This document shows, in pieces, positions 20,542 through 30,930 of a DNA stretch of 58,405 bases. The stretch's first letter is position 1; every line of letters begins with the position of its first letter. A program made the position numbers and the translations under genes. A model generated the notes under the pieces. It did not search any database. It was not told where the DNA came from and saw only the letters and a list, made by a program, of their open reading frames with translations. The stretch comes from an uncultured Candidatus Berkelbacteria bacterium. GTDB taxonomy: Bacteria; Patescibacteriota; UBA1384; CAJBMM01. The stretch is taken from assembly GCA_903954185.1 (NCBI GenBank), contig CAJBMM010000017.1, positions 1-58,405 of the forward strand. Reading direction: 5' to 3'.

Positions 20542-20660
20542 GGTACAAATAACACGCTATAGTGCTTAGGTCGGATACCGTAGCACTTAGCACTACGCTA
20601 CGAAATAGCTAAGTGCTATAGCGTACTATTTGTACCATTTTAATCATGTTAGTGCTAAGC
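20542..20660. repeat. Nested inverted repeats built from TAGCAC/GTGCTA units
   Basis: GGTACAAATA..ACGCTATAG..CTTAG pairs with CTAAG..CTATAGCGT..TATTTGTACC; inner TAGCACTTAGC pairs with GCTAAGTGCTA. Confidence 0.75.
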
Positions 20661-20684
20661 TTCGAAGAACTTCTGCTGTTAAAA

Positions 20685-20765
20685 TTAGGCGATTTTGGAT
20701 TGCAGTTGTTTTACTTGTTTTTCGAGTGCATCTAAACGCTTGCGCATTTTAACAACATCATTACA
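20685..20765 (-). pseudogene. Possible 3' remnant of a coiled-coil protein gene
   Basis: NDVVKMRKRLDALEKQVKQLQSKIA*, with an in-frame stop just upstream and no SD. Confidence 0.35.
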
Positions 20766-20780
20766 CTGATATCGATTCCA

Positions 20781-20820
20781 TTACCAATACCCCCCCCTTA
20801 AAAGGAGGGGGTATTGGTAA
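20781..20820. repeat. Near-perfect inverted repeat, possible terminator
   Basis: TTACCAATACCCCCCCCTT-AA-AAGGAGGGGGTATTGGTAA. A related CCCTCCTTTTCAAGGAGGG lies at ~8957-8975. Confidence 0.7.
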
Positions 20821-20834
20821 AGTTTCATAATTGC

Positions 20835-22262
20835 TTAATCTGATAGCTTAGAATTGAATATAATATTTTGTGTGGCGATCGTTAGGGCGATGAGTACCCA
20901 AATGTGCATTATGTATAAAGTTGAGAAGAATTGATATTGCACCAAAACCCCTACAAGGGCAGAAATGAGGGCTAATATTATGGCGCGCAAAGTTGGATCT
21001 TTAGCTCTAAATAGTGCGCCAAAAGACCGTACAAACAAAACCAGCAGGAACATTAAGAGCGCCCCAAGCCCTATCATGCCAGTTTCGGCTAGTGTTTCTA
21101 AAGTTTGGTTATTTACTATTGGCCATCCGCTAATTGGTAGCTGATCGGGATAGTTAGTAGACCACGGACCAAAGTTGCCAATGCCAATACCAGTTAAAGG
21201 CTGTTCGTTAAAGGCTTCTTTAGCTTGATCAAACGTACTAAAACGCTGCAAAGTAGAGGCAGTATCTAGTGCGTTAAAAAAGTGCTTTTGCGTTTCTTCT
21301 ATTGCTTTGCGACCAGCATTGGAAAAGTTAATGACTAATGTTAACCCAACTGCCAAAACCATAGTGGTAATAATGGCACCAGTTATAACATGAGGACGCA
21401 ATAAAGCAAGTAAACTACCGAAGAATATAACCGCCAGTGTTACCGCAAGCCCTAAATACCCGCCGCGCGAAATTGTCATTAAAAACACAAGGCCAACTAG
21501 TGCAATAAAGCCAATAAAGAATTTACTAGAAAAAACATTAATTTTACGAATATATAGTGTAATTACTAACGCTAACGGAATGATAAGAAAATTAGCCAAA
21601 TAAAGTGGTTCTTGCATTACCGATTGTACGCGAGGGTAACCAAAAACTACTTTAGTGTAAACATCTTTTAGCCCAGTTAAAGACATAGGTAAGCCAATCA
21701 TATCGCCCGCAAATTGATACAGCCCAAAAATCGAAATAATAATAGTTACCCAAAACAAAACCTTAATAACCAAGCAAAGATGATCTTTGGTTTGCAATAT
21801 GGCAGGAATGACCCAAATTGTAAGTGAAGTAAAAATTATAAATGCAAATACCATCATGCCGCGGCTAATAGCCAACATATGGCTAAATGAAAGAAGTAGA
21901 GAAATGACTACGGTAATGTATACCCACAAATAAGGTGAATAACGCAAAATGAACGATTTGGAAATTAACTTTCTTATTAAAAATGCTGCAATCATTCCTG
22001 CCAATAAAACTTGACTAATGCGTAGGTTAGCTCCGCCAATTGGCAACGAAGGAATTCGCTCAAATGGAATAGAAAAGATAAAAACTAATAGTCCATGAAT
22101 TGGATATTTAATAGAGAAAATAATGTAAGCTAGCAATAATACTGCGCCAACAAGAGCATATGAGATAATTTCTAGCCCTCGGCCAATAAAAAAACCATAG
22201 ACGGTTGCAGTTAAAACCAACCCGATAGAAATTAGAATGTTTATTAGATTTTGTTTTTCCAT
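20835..22262 (-). CDS. O-antigen ligase/Wzy_C family membrane protein
   Basis: Multi-TM; PRVQSVMQEP, TISRGG, GIGIGNF and LAETGMIG motifs. Confidence 0.88.
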   Translation of the reverse strand: MEKQNLINILISIGLVLTATVYGFFIGRGLEIISYALVGAVLLLAYIIFSIKYPIHGLLVFIFSIPFERIPSLPIGGANLRISQVLLAGMIAAFLIRKLISKSFILRYSPYLWVYITVVISLLLSFSHMLAISRGMMVFAFIIFTSLTIWVIPAILQTKDHLCLVIKVLFWVTIIISIFGLYQFAGDMIGLPMSLTGLKDVYTKVVFGYPRVQSVMQEPLYLANFLIIPLALVITLYIRKINVFSSKFFIGFIALVGLVFLMTISRGGYLGLAVTLAVIFFGSLLALLRPHVITGAIITTMVLAVGLTLVINFSNAGRKAIEETQKHFFNALDTASTLQRFSTFDQAKEAFNEQPLTGIGIGNFGPWSTNYPDQLPISGWPIVNNQTLETLAETGMIGLGALLMFLLVLFVRSFGALFRAKDPTLRAIILALISALVGVLVQYQFFSTLYIMHIWVLIALTIATQNIIFNSKLSD

Positions 22263-22634
22263 TATCGTTAACATAATAATGATTAATTTTAAATTTTAAA
22301 TGATGGTTGTGAATTTTATGAACAACTACAGCCGAAGGCTGATTAATCAAGCACTAATTACTGAATTCGAATTTTTAAAACTTTGCGGAAACGTCATTCT
22401 GGCTTGCAGTGCCGTCCATATCTTTACGCGGAGGATGGTCCAGAATCTTCACTTTTAATAATAAATTTATAATAATTATTGTTGGTTCAAATTCCAACTA
22501 TGAATAATGAAATGTTATGAATTTCGAATTTGATTCGTAATTCTAAACTCATCATTCAATCCATTAGTCATTAGACATTAGGATTTAGTCATTGAATCGT
22601 CATTCAGATTTCTGATTTCCGTCACTTCTGTTAC

Positions 22635-23483
22635 TTAATCCTCTGGAGTCTTATACACTGCCTGCCCTTGCCACCAACTCTCAATCATGCGGGCAATAAC
22701 GCTCCCTTCTCTTCGCCAACGATAACGCATCCAAAATACAACTTTATCATACCATGTTCCGTAAGTAGAAATATAGCGCTCCAAATCGTTATACCAGCTA
22801 CGTGGCACAATTAATGTTTCGGAAAGATCTGAATAAAGTACGCCATCGTAGAAAACCGAGATACCCATAGTTACCAATGATGTTACGCCCGCCGAAACCA
22901 TTTTTTCAATCCAGTAAAACAAAGCAAGTTCATCATCGTTGTTACTAATAGAATGCTTATAGCAAACTTGTGTACGCATTAAACAAACTGGTCCCAAAAA
23001 ATGCAGTCGCTCTGGGTCGATTGTGAATTCATTATCATCGCTAACAGCTTTAATTTGATGTGGCCAAGGACCAATGCTTTGCCCACCATAAATTGTGCCC
23101 TTTGCATCTGGGCGAATTATGGCTGGATAGTAAAGATCTATATTTTGATTTTGATTAAAGTGAACAACCATTCGATTGATAAAATCTCGCTCGAGCGTGG
23201 TTCCAGATTGGATAAATAAGATTGCTTCAATAAATGAGTACCGAGCATGTTCAACCATTACCTTAATTAAATCGCTAAACGGGCGGCTTTTATCACAGAC
23301 AAAAGTAACCCAATTAAAATCGCGCTTCAGACTATGCAGTATGCCTGTAGAGGAGTTTGGGACCAAGCAAATTATTTCGTGATTTCGATAACGTAATCCC
23401 TGCGTTGAGCGTAGAGTTGTGTAAGTTTTGGCTAAATCATCGCAGGCAATTACAATGGTAAGAATTTTTGGTTGTGCAGACAT
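22635..23483 (-). CDS. Degenerate GT2-family glycosyltransferase homolog
   Basis: GT2-like order of segments (ILTIVI...LRYRNHEII...), but ILFIQSGT stands where the DxD/NND motif is expected. Confidence 0.55.
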   Translation of the reverse strand: MSAQPKILTIVIACDDLAKTYTTLRSTQGLRYRNHEIICLVPNSSTGILHSLKRDFNWVTFVCDKSRPFSDLIKVMVEHARYSFIEAILFIQSGTTLERDFINRMVVHFNQNQNIDLYYPAIIRPDAKGTIYGGQSIGPWPHQIKAVSDDNEFTIDPERLHFLGPVCLMRTQVCYKHSISNNDDELALFYWIEKMVSAGVTSLVTMGISVFYDGVLYSDLSETLIVPRSWYNDLERYISTYGTWYDKVVFWMRYRWRREGSVIARMIESWWQGQAVYKTPED

Positions 23484-23734
23484 TAAAAGGCTCCTTTTTA
23501 AAGGTGCCCCTCTTAGTTTGCACTATAACATAGAATTGGAGAATGGAGAATGGAGTAAGCAAAAATGAATTTTCAAGTGTCAATTTTCAATTTTCAATAG
23601 GAATTATTATTTATAATTAAATAATCCATAATTCTCCACTCTGCATTCTCCATTCTTCATTAATTATATAGATTCCGGATCACAAGTCCGGAATGACAAA
23701 ACAAATATTCCTTATCACCTCTACCAGCTCCCAA

Positions 23735-24994
23735 CTAGCTTTCGAGTATTTCTTCAATCCTTAAAAGCTCGTTATACTTTGCTACACGTTCGCCCCTAGC
23801 AGGAGCTCCAAATTTCACATATGGACAGTTAAAACCAACTGCAATATGAGCGATAAATGCACTCTCAGTATCACCAGAACGATGCGAAAGAATAGGTGTG
23901 TAACCCAGTTTTACTGCCTCGGCAACAGCATCGTAGGCACCTGTCAATGTACCTATTTGGGTCGGCTTTATCATTATGGCATTAGCGATATGATCAGTGT
24001 ATCCCTTGTTTAAACGAATATCGTTAGTTGAAAAGATATCATCACCGATAACCATCATCTTGTCTCCAACCCGCTTAGTCAGTTCTATCCATCCATCCCA
24101 ATCTTGATCTGCCAACCCGTCTTCGATACCAGAAAGTGGAAATAGCGTGGACAACTTCTCATACTTAGCAATTAAGTATTCCGAGGGCACATCACCAGCA
24201 TGATGAATTAAATGGTAAAGTCTTTCATCGGTGAATAAATTACTAGCAGCTTCATCTAAAATGATGCCAATATCATCAGTAGTATAACCCGCCAAAGAAG
24301 CACCCTGAACAATTAAGGCCATTGCCTGATCGGTAGTTGCCCCAGGAACAGCATAGCCACCCTCGTCGCCCACCTGCATTCCAAATTTTTGATCTTTTAA
24401 AATACTACCAACTGCATGATAAATTTCGGTACCAATTCTCAGCGAGTCTGAAAAAGGTAGATTCTTTTTGATTATGACATTGAATTCTTGTGTATCAGTG
24501 GAAAATGAGGCTAATTTCCCGCCATTAAAAATGGTAAACATTGGGCTTGGAATTACCAGTTTTTTATTATTATTCTGTCCAAAACAATGCTCGGCAAAAC
24601 GAAAAAGTGGCTCTCGATTTTCGTTGGCACAAGCTATAGCATAACTGTATGAAACTCCGAGAATTCCATTAGAACCAAAGTGTTCTAAGTTTGGTGTACC
24701 ATCTAAACCAATAATGTATTGGTCAAATTCCCGCTGACTCTCAAATTCCATCCCAACAATTTGAGCACTTAGATAGTGATTAATATTTTCTGCTACCCGC
24801 GTAACGCCACGACCGTTTAAGCGGCCCAAATCGCCATCGCGCAACTCGTGCATTTCGTAAGACCCAATCGATGCCCCGCTCTCAACCGCTGCCGTACCTT
24901 TCGCTCCGCTTTTAAGCGTAATTTCAACTTCTACAGTAGGGTCTCCGCGAGAATCGATAATTTCTCGAGCTAATATATTATTGATAGATGACAT
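23735..24994 (-). CDS. eno: Enolase (divergent)
   Basis: AREIIDSRGDPTVEV, SGAS, GDEGG, IEDG, GDD, KPTQIG, SHRSG and ERVAKYNELLRIEE motifs. Confidence 0.9.
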   Translation of the reverse strand: MSSINNILAREIIDSRGDPTVEVEITLKSGAKGTAAVESGASIGSYEMHELRDGDLGRLNGRGVTRVAENINHYLSAQIVGMEFESQREFDQYIIGLDGTPNLEHFGSNGILGVSYSYAIACANENREPLFRFAEHCFGQNNNKKLVIPSPMFTIFNGGKLASFSTDTQEFNVIIKKNLPFSDSLRIGTEIYHAVGSILKDQKFGMQVGDEGGYAVPGATTDQAMALIVQGASLAGYTTDDIGIILDEAASNLFTDERLYHLIHHAGDVPSEYLIAKYEKLSTLFPLSGIEDGLADQDWDGWIELTKRVGDKMMVIGDDIFSTNDIRLNKGYTDHIANAIMIKPTQIGTLTGAYDAVAEAVKLGYTPILSHRSGDTESAFIAHIAVGFNCPYVKFGAPARGERVAKYNELLRIEEILES

Positions 24995-25022
24995 TTCCCC
25001 TCCATCGGTATCTAATCAAAGA

Positions 25023-26111
25023 CTATCTACTTTTTTGTTTTTCGTCTAGGATTTTATGATATACATCGAGTGTTTCTTTAGCACATTTTTCCCAAGAGAA
25101 TTTTTCGGCTTGAATATGCCCAAGTTTAATGAGTTTCTCACGCTCAACTCCACTATTTAATAACAATATTATAGCTTTAACCCATGCTTCTTCATCATTT
25201 GGCGATAGGCTAATACCACCGTCTCCAATAACTTCTGGCAGTGAAGAGACATTGCTAGAAATTGTCGGTACGCCGCAAGTCATTGCCTCTAACGGCGGCA
25301 ACCCAAATCCTTCGTATAATGAAGGAAAGGCAAAAAGCGTTGCCCCGTGATACAATGCTGGCTTGTCTGCTTCATCTACATAACCCGTAAAAATTACCTC
25401 ATCACTCAATTTTAAATCTTTTACCAGTTCAAAAAGTTGATCATAATGCCAACCTTTCTTGCCAGTTAAAACAAGCTTATGATTAGATTTATTACGATGC
25501 CTTACCTCGGCAAAAACGCGAACTAAAAACTCAAGGTTTTTGCGAGGGTTAATGGTACCAACATTTAAGATATATGGCCCTGTAATTTTATATTTTTTTA
25601 AAACTGTATCTATTTGGCTCAGAGACACTTTATTTCTATAGGTATTATCAACTGCTTCGTAGATTACAGTGATTTTTTCTGGAGCGATTTTTAAATGCTC
25701 AATAATGTCTTTCTTCGAATGCTCCGAAATAGTAATAACATGATCGGCATATCTATATGAAAATGGCATCCACTTGGCGTAATACTGCCGTGAATAAAAT
25801 GGAATATCACCACGCAGCATGCTTATCACATCGTGAATTGTTACCACATTTAAACCCTTATAAAAAACTGGCACCGAAAAAGCTGGTTGATGAAATATGT
25901 CCAATTTTGAATGATATGCCATAGAGGGCAAAGTAATTTGATCCCACCACCATCGTTGCGGGGTAGATAAATCGTGCTCCTCAGATGGTGAATAAGTAAC
26001 TAGCTTGTCATCATCTGCCACTTTTTTCAGCGCATTAACAAGGTTATTCACGTAAAAGCCAAAGCCAGTTGGCTGACCTTTTGTTGTTTGTACGTCTATG
26101 CCAATTTTCAT
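25023..26111 (-). CDS. GT4 glycosyltransferase
   Basis: PRKN and [16 protein letters not shown] motifs. Confidence 0.93.
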   Translation of the reverse strand: MKIGIDVQTTKGQPTGFGFYVNNLVNALKKVADDDKLVTYSPSEEHDLSTPQRWWWDQITLPSMAYHSKLDIFHQPAFSVPVFYKGLNVVTIHDVISMLRGDIPFYSRQYYAKWMPFSYRYADHVITISEHSKKDIIEHLKIAPEKITVIYEAVDNTYRNKVSLSQIDTVLKKYKITGPYILNVGTINPRKNLEFLVRVFAEVRHRNKSNHKLVLTGKKGWHYDQLFELVKDLKLSDEVIFTGYVDEADKPALYHGATLFAFPSLYEGFGLPPLEAMTCGVPTISSNVSSLPEVIGDGGISLSPNDEEAWVKAIILLLNSGVEREKLIKLGHIQAEKFSWEKCAKETLDVYHKILDEKQKSR

Positions 26112-27602
26112 TTATACCCTTTTTACGACTAATTTTATCACATCTTCCGATATTGCTTTCGTTTTCCATGCAGCTATGCAATAGACTATAGCCCCAACGG
26201 CTATTCCATAAAGTAAATTGCTATTGCGCAAAGGATAAATAATTGCGGCCATAATAATTACCGCAACCAGTGTACGCCCAACAACCGCCCAAGGAATATG
26301 CACTTTTATGAATTTTGAAATAATTATGGATTGTGCTAACAATACCAACGCTTCAGTCAAAATAGTTACTAATGCGGCGCCCAAATATGACCATCGCGGA
26401 ATTACAAAAAGGTTAAATCCAATATTTACTACTACTGCGATAATATTAGCAATAAGTAGCAGCCTAGATCGCGACATGGCAATTACACCCTTACCTAAAA
26501 TATTGGCAAAAAAGTCAAACCATACGGCAACCAATAGCAGCCTTAAAACCATCGCGCCGTCAATGGCAACCGAATACCCCATCAACTGAATTGCCACAGT
26601 AGAAGCATGCGAATAATCGCTTGAAGTAATAAAGTTCATCATTGGACGGGCTAAAATTATACCACCAATAATTATAGGTAACCCAAGCACAAACATAGCT
26701 TCGATAGATCGTGAAATTAAGAATTGGAAGCGCTTATGGTCATCTTTCCAGCTTTGTACCAAAGAGATAAATACCACTCCCATAAAAACAGCAGGGAAAA
26801 AATTGATAATCTCGATAACCTTATACGGTGCGGCGTAAATGCCAACATCACCTGCAGATTTATAAATTGATAAGATAACGCTATCAATTTTAAAATAGAT
26901 CAGCGCAAGCACAGATACTATGCCAAGCACACTGCTTTCACGAAATATTCGCTTCCAATATCCTCGATCAAATTGAAATTTAACTATTGTATATTGGCGG
27001 GCAAAAAGAACATTAGTATAATAATTTGCCACAGCCCCAAAAATCATCGCCGAAACTAACCAGGCAACATTTAATCCGAGCCATAAAAACGGTAACAAGA
27101 CTGCCAATGATACAATTCGCCCAACAATATCAGCTATTACTGGTCTATCCATGCGATAGTTTGCCTGGAATATGGCGACAAAAGTCATGTTTAGCGTTTG
27201 CCAAAAGGTAGAAATTGCAACCATTAACACACCCAGCTTAACCGGACCGTTAAGAATAGGGATAGCGCCAGTGGGTAATAAATAAATCGCAACCACGGCA
27301 CAACTTAGCACAATAAGGGCAAAAAATGAGCGCAATGCCAATATATTGCCCATAATGTAGTTAGTTTTGGCCATATCGCCTTCAGCCTCAGTCAATTCCT
27401 TGGCTAAAATCCAATAAAACCCAAAATCAGCCAATGTGCCAAACAAAGCTATGTAATTTAAGATAGCTGCATATTCACCGTATCCGGCTGGCCCAAGCTT
27501 ATTGGTTAGAAGTTTAACCGTAATCAAAGCAATAAGCGTTGTTACAACGCGCCCAATTATTTGTACAGATGAATTAAATGCAACTTTTCTTGTCAAACCC
27601 AT
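26112..27602 (-). CDS. Wzx-type polysaccharide flippase
   Basis: LGPAGYGEY, LADFG, IYFKIDSVILS, VGIYAAPYK and NLFVIPRWSYLGAA motifs; multi-TM. Confidence 0.9.
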   Translation of the reverse strand: MGLTRKVAFNSSVQIIGRVVTTLIALITVKLLTNKLGPAGYGEYAAILNYIALFGTLADFGFYWILAKELTEAEGDMAKTNYIMGNILALRSFFALIVLSCAVVAIYLLPTGAIPILNGPVKLGVLMVAISTFWQTLNMTFVAIFQANYRMDRPVIADIVGRIVSLAVLLPFLWLGLNVAWLVSAMIFGAVANYYTNVLFARQYTIVKFQFDRGYWKRIFRESSVLGIVSVLALIYFKIDSVILSIYKSAGDVGIYAAPYKVIEIINFFPAVFMGVVFISLVQSWKDDHKRFQFLISRSIEAMFVLGLPIIIGGIILARPMMNFITSSDYSHASTVAIQLMGYSVAIDGAMVLRLLLVAVWFDFFANILGKGVIAMSRSRLLLIANIIAVVVNIGFNLFVIPRWSYLGAALVTILTEALVLLAQSIIISKFIKVHIPWAVVGRTLVAVIIMAAIIYPLRNSNLLYGIAVGAIVYCIAAWKTKAISEDVIKLVVKRV

Positions 27603-27675
27603 GCATATATCATACCATAGGAGTGCTATGGTTGTCAGTTGGTTGTGTTATAATAAATTTGAAAGGGAGTGACAA

Positions 27676-29163
27676 ATGAGCAAACCTCTTAAATTATTAA
27701 TAGTTGGTATTTGTATTGCCAATTTTGGATTTTTACCAAACGGCTTTAGCAAAACACTGCCAACCGCCAAAGCTTCTTCATTTAACCAAAATAATTTAAT
27801 AAGTGACGATATATTCGTTAATGTTGACGCCATGTCTGTTGCCTCGATTCAAAGTTTTTTAACCTCAAAAGGTGGGTTTTTAAAAGATTTCTCAGAGAAT
27901 GGTAGATCGGCAGCGCAAATTATCTACGATGCTGCACACGGCTATGGAGACGGCACCGGCACCATCAATGGAATAGCCTTAAATAGTAGCACTGGCACCG
28001 TAAGTCCTCAAATTATTTTGGTAACACTGCAAAAAGAACAAGGTTTGCTTACAATGCCGACTCGTAACGATTCAAGCTTAAACGCTGCAATGGGATATGG
28101 TTGTCCAGATGGTAGCAGCTGCAATCCATCTTATACAGGATTTACAAAACAAGTAGAGAACGGTGCATGGCAATTAAGATATAATTACGAAGCAGCATTT
28201 AAAGATGATTCTTGGAGAACTACTTATTATGGCAGCCAAACTTTTGCGAGTAAGCCAGGATCCGTAGGGCAAACTGTTGGTTTAGATAGTTACACTGTAA
28301 CTTTTGCTAACGCTGCTACCGCGTCATTGTATCGCTATACTCCTCACGTTTATAACGGAAATTATAATTTTTATAACCTTTTTAATTCTTATTTTGTAAC
28401 ATATAGCCATTCGTTCGTTAGACAAAATGCATATCCAACAGTTGGTCCAGGACAATCATATAACTTTGTTTTAGTCCTAAAAAACACAGGCAGCGCCACA
28501 TGGCAGCAAGACCAAGTGAATTTAGGCACAGATAGAAGCCGAGACAGGATTCCTGCATATACGCGCGAAGGAGATGGACCGAGTGGATGGATAAAGGGTA
28601 ACCGCATTAGATTTCAAGAAGCATCCGTTGCACCAAATGAAAATGCCACTTTTTCTTTTTGGATGAGAAATGATGGAATGTCAATCGGCACATACCGTGA
28701 ATATTTTCGCCTCGTAGCAGATGGTATACAGTGGATGGAAGACTATGGAATCTATTGGGATGTTAGCGCTGTTTCCACAGCAGACACGTACCGTCACAGC
28801 TTTATAAACGGTAGCGCTTACCCAACACTATCAAGTGGCGAAAGCTACAACCTTGTAGTTAGAGTAAGAAATACTGGAACTGCAACTTGGCAACAAGACC
28901 AGGTTAATTTAGGAACCGATAGATCTCGCGATCGTATACCAGTCTTTACTCGTGAAGGAAATGGACCGAGTGGATGGATAAAGGGTAACCGCATTAGATT
29001 TCAAGAAGCATCCGTTGCCCCTGGTGGCACGGCAACTTATTCATTCTGGATTAAGAATGATGGAGTTTCACCAGGAGTGTACCACGAATATTTCCGACTT
29101 GTGGCTGACGGTATAACTTGGATGGAAGACTACGGCATCTATTGGGACGTAACCGCAATATAG
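27676..29163 (+). CDS. Secreted protein: putative lysozyme-like N-terminal domain plus two NBR1-type Ig-like repeats
   Basis: Signal peptide; SPQIILVTLQKEQGL, AMGYGCPD and NAATASLYRYTPH motifs; two ~129-aa repeats with NTGxATW...EYFRLVADG. Confidence 0.7.
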   Translation: MSKPLKLLIVGICIANFGFLPNGFSKTLPTAKASSFNQNNLISDDIFVNVDAMSVASIQSFLTSKGGFLKDFSENGRSAAQIIYDAAHGYGDGTGTINGIALNSSTGTVSPQIILVTLQKEQGLLTMPTRNDSSLNAAMGYGCPDGSSCNPSYTGFTKQVENGAWQLRYNYEAAFKDDSWRTTYYGSQTFASKPGSVGQTVGLDSYTVTFANAATASLYRYTPHVYNGNYNFYNLFNSYFVTYSHSFVRQNAYPTVGPGQSYNFVLVLKNTGSATWQQDQVNLGTDRSRDRIPAYTREGDGPSGWIKGNRIRFQEASVAPNENATFSFWMRNDGMSIGTYREYFRLVADGIQWMEDYGIYWDVSAVSTADTYRHSFINGSAYPTLSSGESYNLVVRVRNTGTATWQQDQVNLGTDRSRDRIPVFTREGNGPSGWIKGNRIRFQEASVAPGGTATYSFWIKNDGVSPGVYHEYFRLVADGITWMEDYGIYWDVTAI

Positions 29164-29262
29164 CTTCAACCATCTTTAGCAGATTATTTGTATTACTGAC
29201 TATAGAATAGTTTTATATTAATTAAGTGCACGTCCACGCTAGACGAAGCTAAAAATGATTAA

Positions 29263-30750
29263 CTATTTACCGACATATTCATAAATTAGTGTGCCAAGTT
29301 TATACTCTTTAACAAGCTTTACATTAGGAATAGCTTTTAAGGCGGCGCTTATTTGATCGAACCCAGCGAAGTAGGGGTATAAATCTTCACCAGACTGTGA
29401 AGGACGAGCTCCAATTATTATATAGCGTGCGCTACTCACAATTGCACTGGCTGGGATATTGCTGGGCGAGAGTACTGTGACGACTGGGCTATTTATTAAA
29501 TATGGTACATAAAGATTTGCGTTATTTGATATAACGATTTTATTATCAATATTGTGATCATTAACCCATTTATATGCATCGGCTTGCTCTTCTTGTACTC
29601 TTTGTATGAACTCAAAAGGCTGCGGCAATGCAAACGGACGCGAAAAACTTAATACAAAATCAATAGATATTACCAATATTATGATAATTCTAGCCATCCA
29701 ACCACGATTGTATTTATCTGCCCAGTTATAAACTGCGAAAGCACCGTAGCCAAATGTCAGCGACAAAGGTAAGGCCAGTTCCCTCACAAATCTACCGGGC
29801 AAACCAAAATAAGATGTAATGCTAAACCCAAATAAAATAAGAATCCAAAATGCAAAAAGGTACTTTATGGGCCGATTGGCGTTAGAAACCATCAGAATTA
29901 GTAAACCTATTAAACCCGCAATAATAAGTAGCGGATTATTTAACTCCTCTATTTGCCATAATGTTACAGGTTTACTTATTGCACCAAACACTGAAGCTAA
30001 AGAACCGCCACTGAGCAAAACATCAACGAACGGCTTAGCTAAAGGCCCAATAACTATCCACGATAATGCAGTTAACGCAATCAAAGCTACAAAGACTGAA
30101 ATTATTAATAACATTTTTCGACGTAATTTTGCTTTTGTAACATAGCCAATAAAAACCGAGATTAACCAAGGAATAATCGCGATAACCAAATAAACAACCG
30201 TCAAATGATGCGTGATTATGATGAGCACCGAGAAAATTATGGCCAATATCAAGTATTTCCATTTCGGTTTATTAATTAGTAAATAATAAAATGTAATAGC
30301 TAAGGGTAGATAGAACCCACTGGCAATTAAATTAGGATAATTACCATCGCCATATGCCCTAACTGGGCCGAGTGCAATAAAACCCCAAAATAAAGCTGCA
30401 AAAGCACCCACAGCCGGGTGATCAAACAATTTTTTGCCAGCATAATATATAGCTATAATTGGGATTACCATCAAAATGGGTGTAAACCAAACTAAAACAT
30501 TTAATGGTGTTTGATGGAATATCTTTGAAAAATAGACAACGATTATATGGAAACCAGTAGGATAGCCATTAATGTCAATTTTTAAACCATTACTTATTAA
30601 ATTAGTTATATATTGCATATGTACTGCGCCGTCATCACCAGGTGGAGTAACGTAATGAAAATGAATAACAGGATAATACGCATAAATAAGCCGCCAGATA
30701 ATAGCGACTAAAGGTAACAGAAACCAAGGAGAAATATGTAATTTCTTCAC
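29263..30750 (-). CDS. GT-C-like polytopic membrane protein (possible protein glycosyltransferase)
   Basis: PGDDGAVH loop and YPTGFH, many TM helices, soluble C-terminal domain. GTG start follows TGGTACAAT. Confidence 0.6.
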   Translation of the reverse strand: MKKLHISPWFLLPLVAIIWRLIYAYYPVIHFHYVTPPGDDGAVHMQYITNLISNGLKIDINGYPTGFHIIVVYFSKIFHQTPLNVLVWFTPILMVIPIIAIYYAGKKLFDHPAVGAFAALFWGFIALGPVRAYGDGNYPNLIASGFYLPLAITFYYLLINKPKWKYLILAIIFSVLIIITHHLTVVYLVIAIIPWLISVFIGYVTKAKLRRKMLLIISVFVALIALTALSWIVIGPLAKPFVDVLLSGGSLASVFGAISKPVTLWQIEELNNPLLIIAGLIGLLILMVSNANRPIKYLFAFWILILFGFSITSYFGLPGRFVRELALPLSLTFGYGAFAVYNWADKYNRGWMARIIIILVISIDFVLSFSRPFALPQPFEFIQRVQEEQADAYKWVNDHNIDNKIVISNNANLYVPYLINSPVVTVLSPSNIPASAIVSSARYIIIGARPSQSGEDLYPYFAGFDQISAALKAIPNVKLVKEYKLGTLIYEYVGK

Positions 30751-30930
30751 CCTTTTATTGTACCAACTAAAGTCTGTAGTTGGTAGTCCCCAGGAAAATG
30801 AATAATTATTCCTTATCACCTGTGCAAGCTACCCGATACAACCTGACGTTCTTACTTCTATCAGCTAAAAGCTAGTAACTAAAAAATATCCAGTTTCCGT
30901 CATTCGAATTTCGAATTTAGTATTTTTGTT

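Noticed and set aside
20581..20620. CIRCE element
   Set aside because: TTAGCACT and AGTGCTA half-sites are present, but the spacing is not N9 and no heat-shock gene follows.
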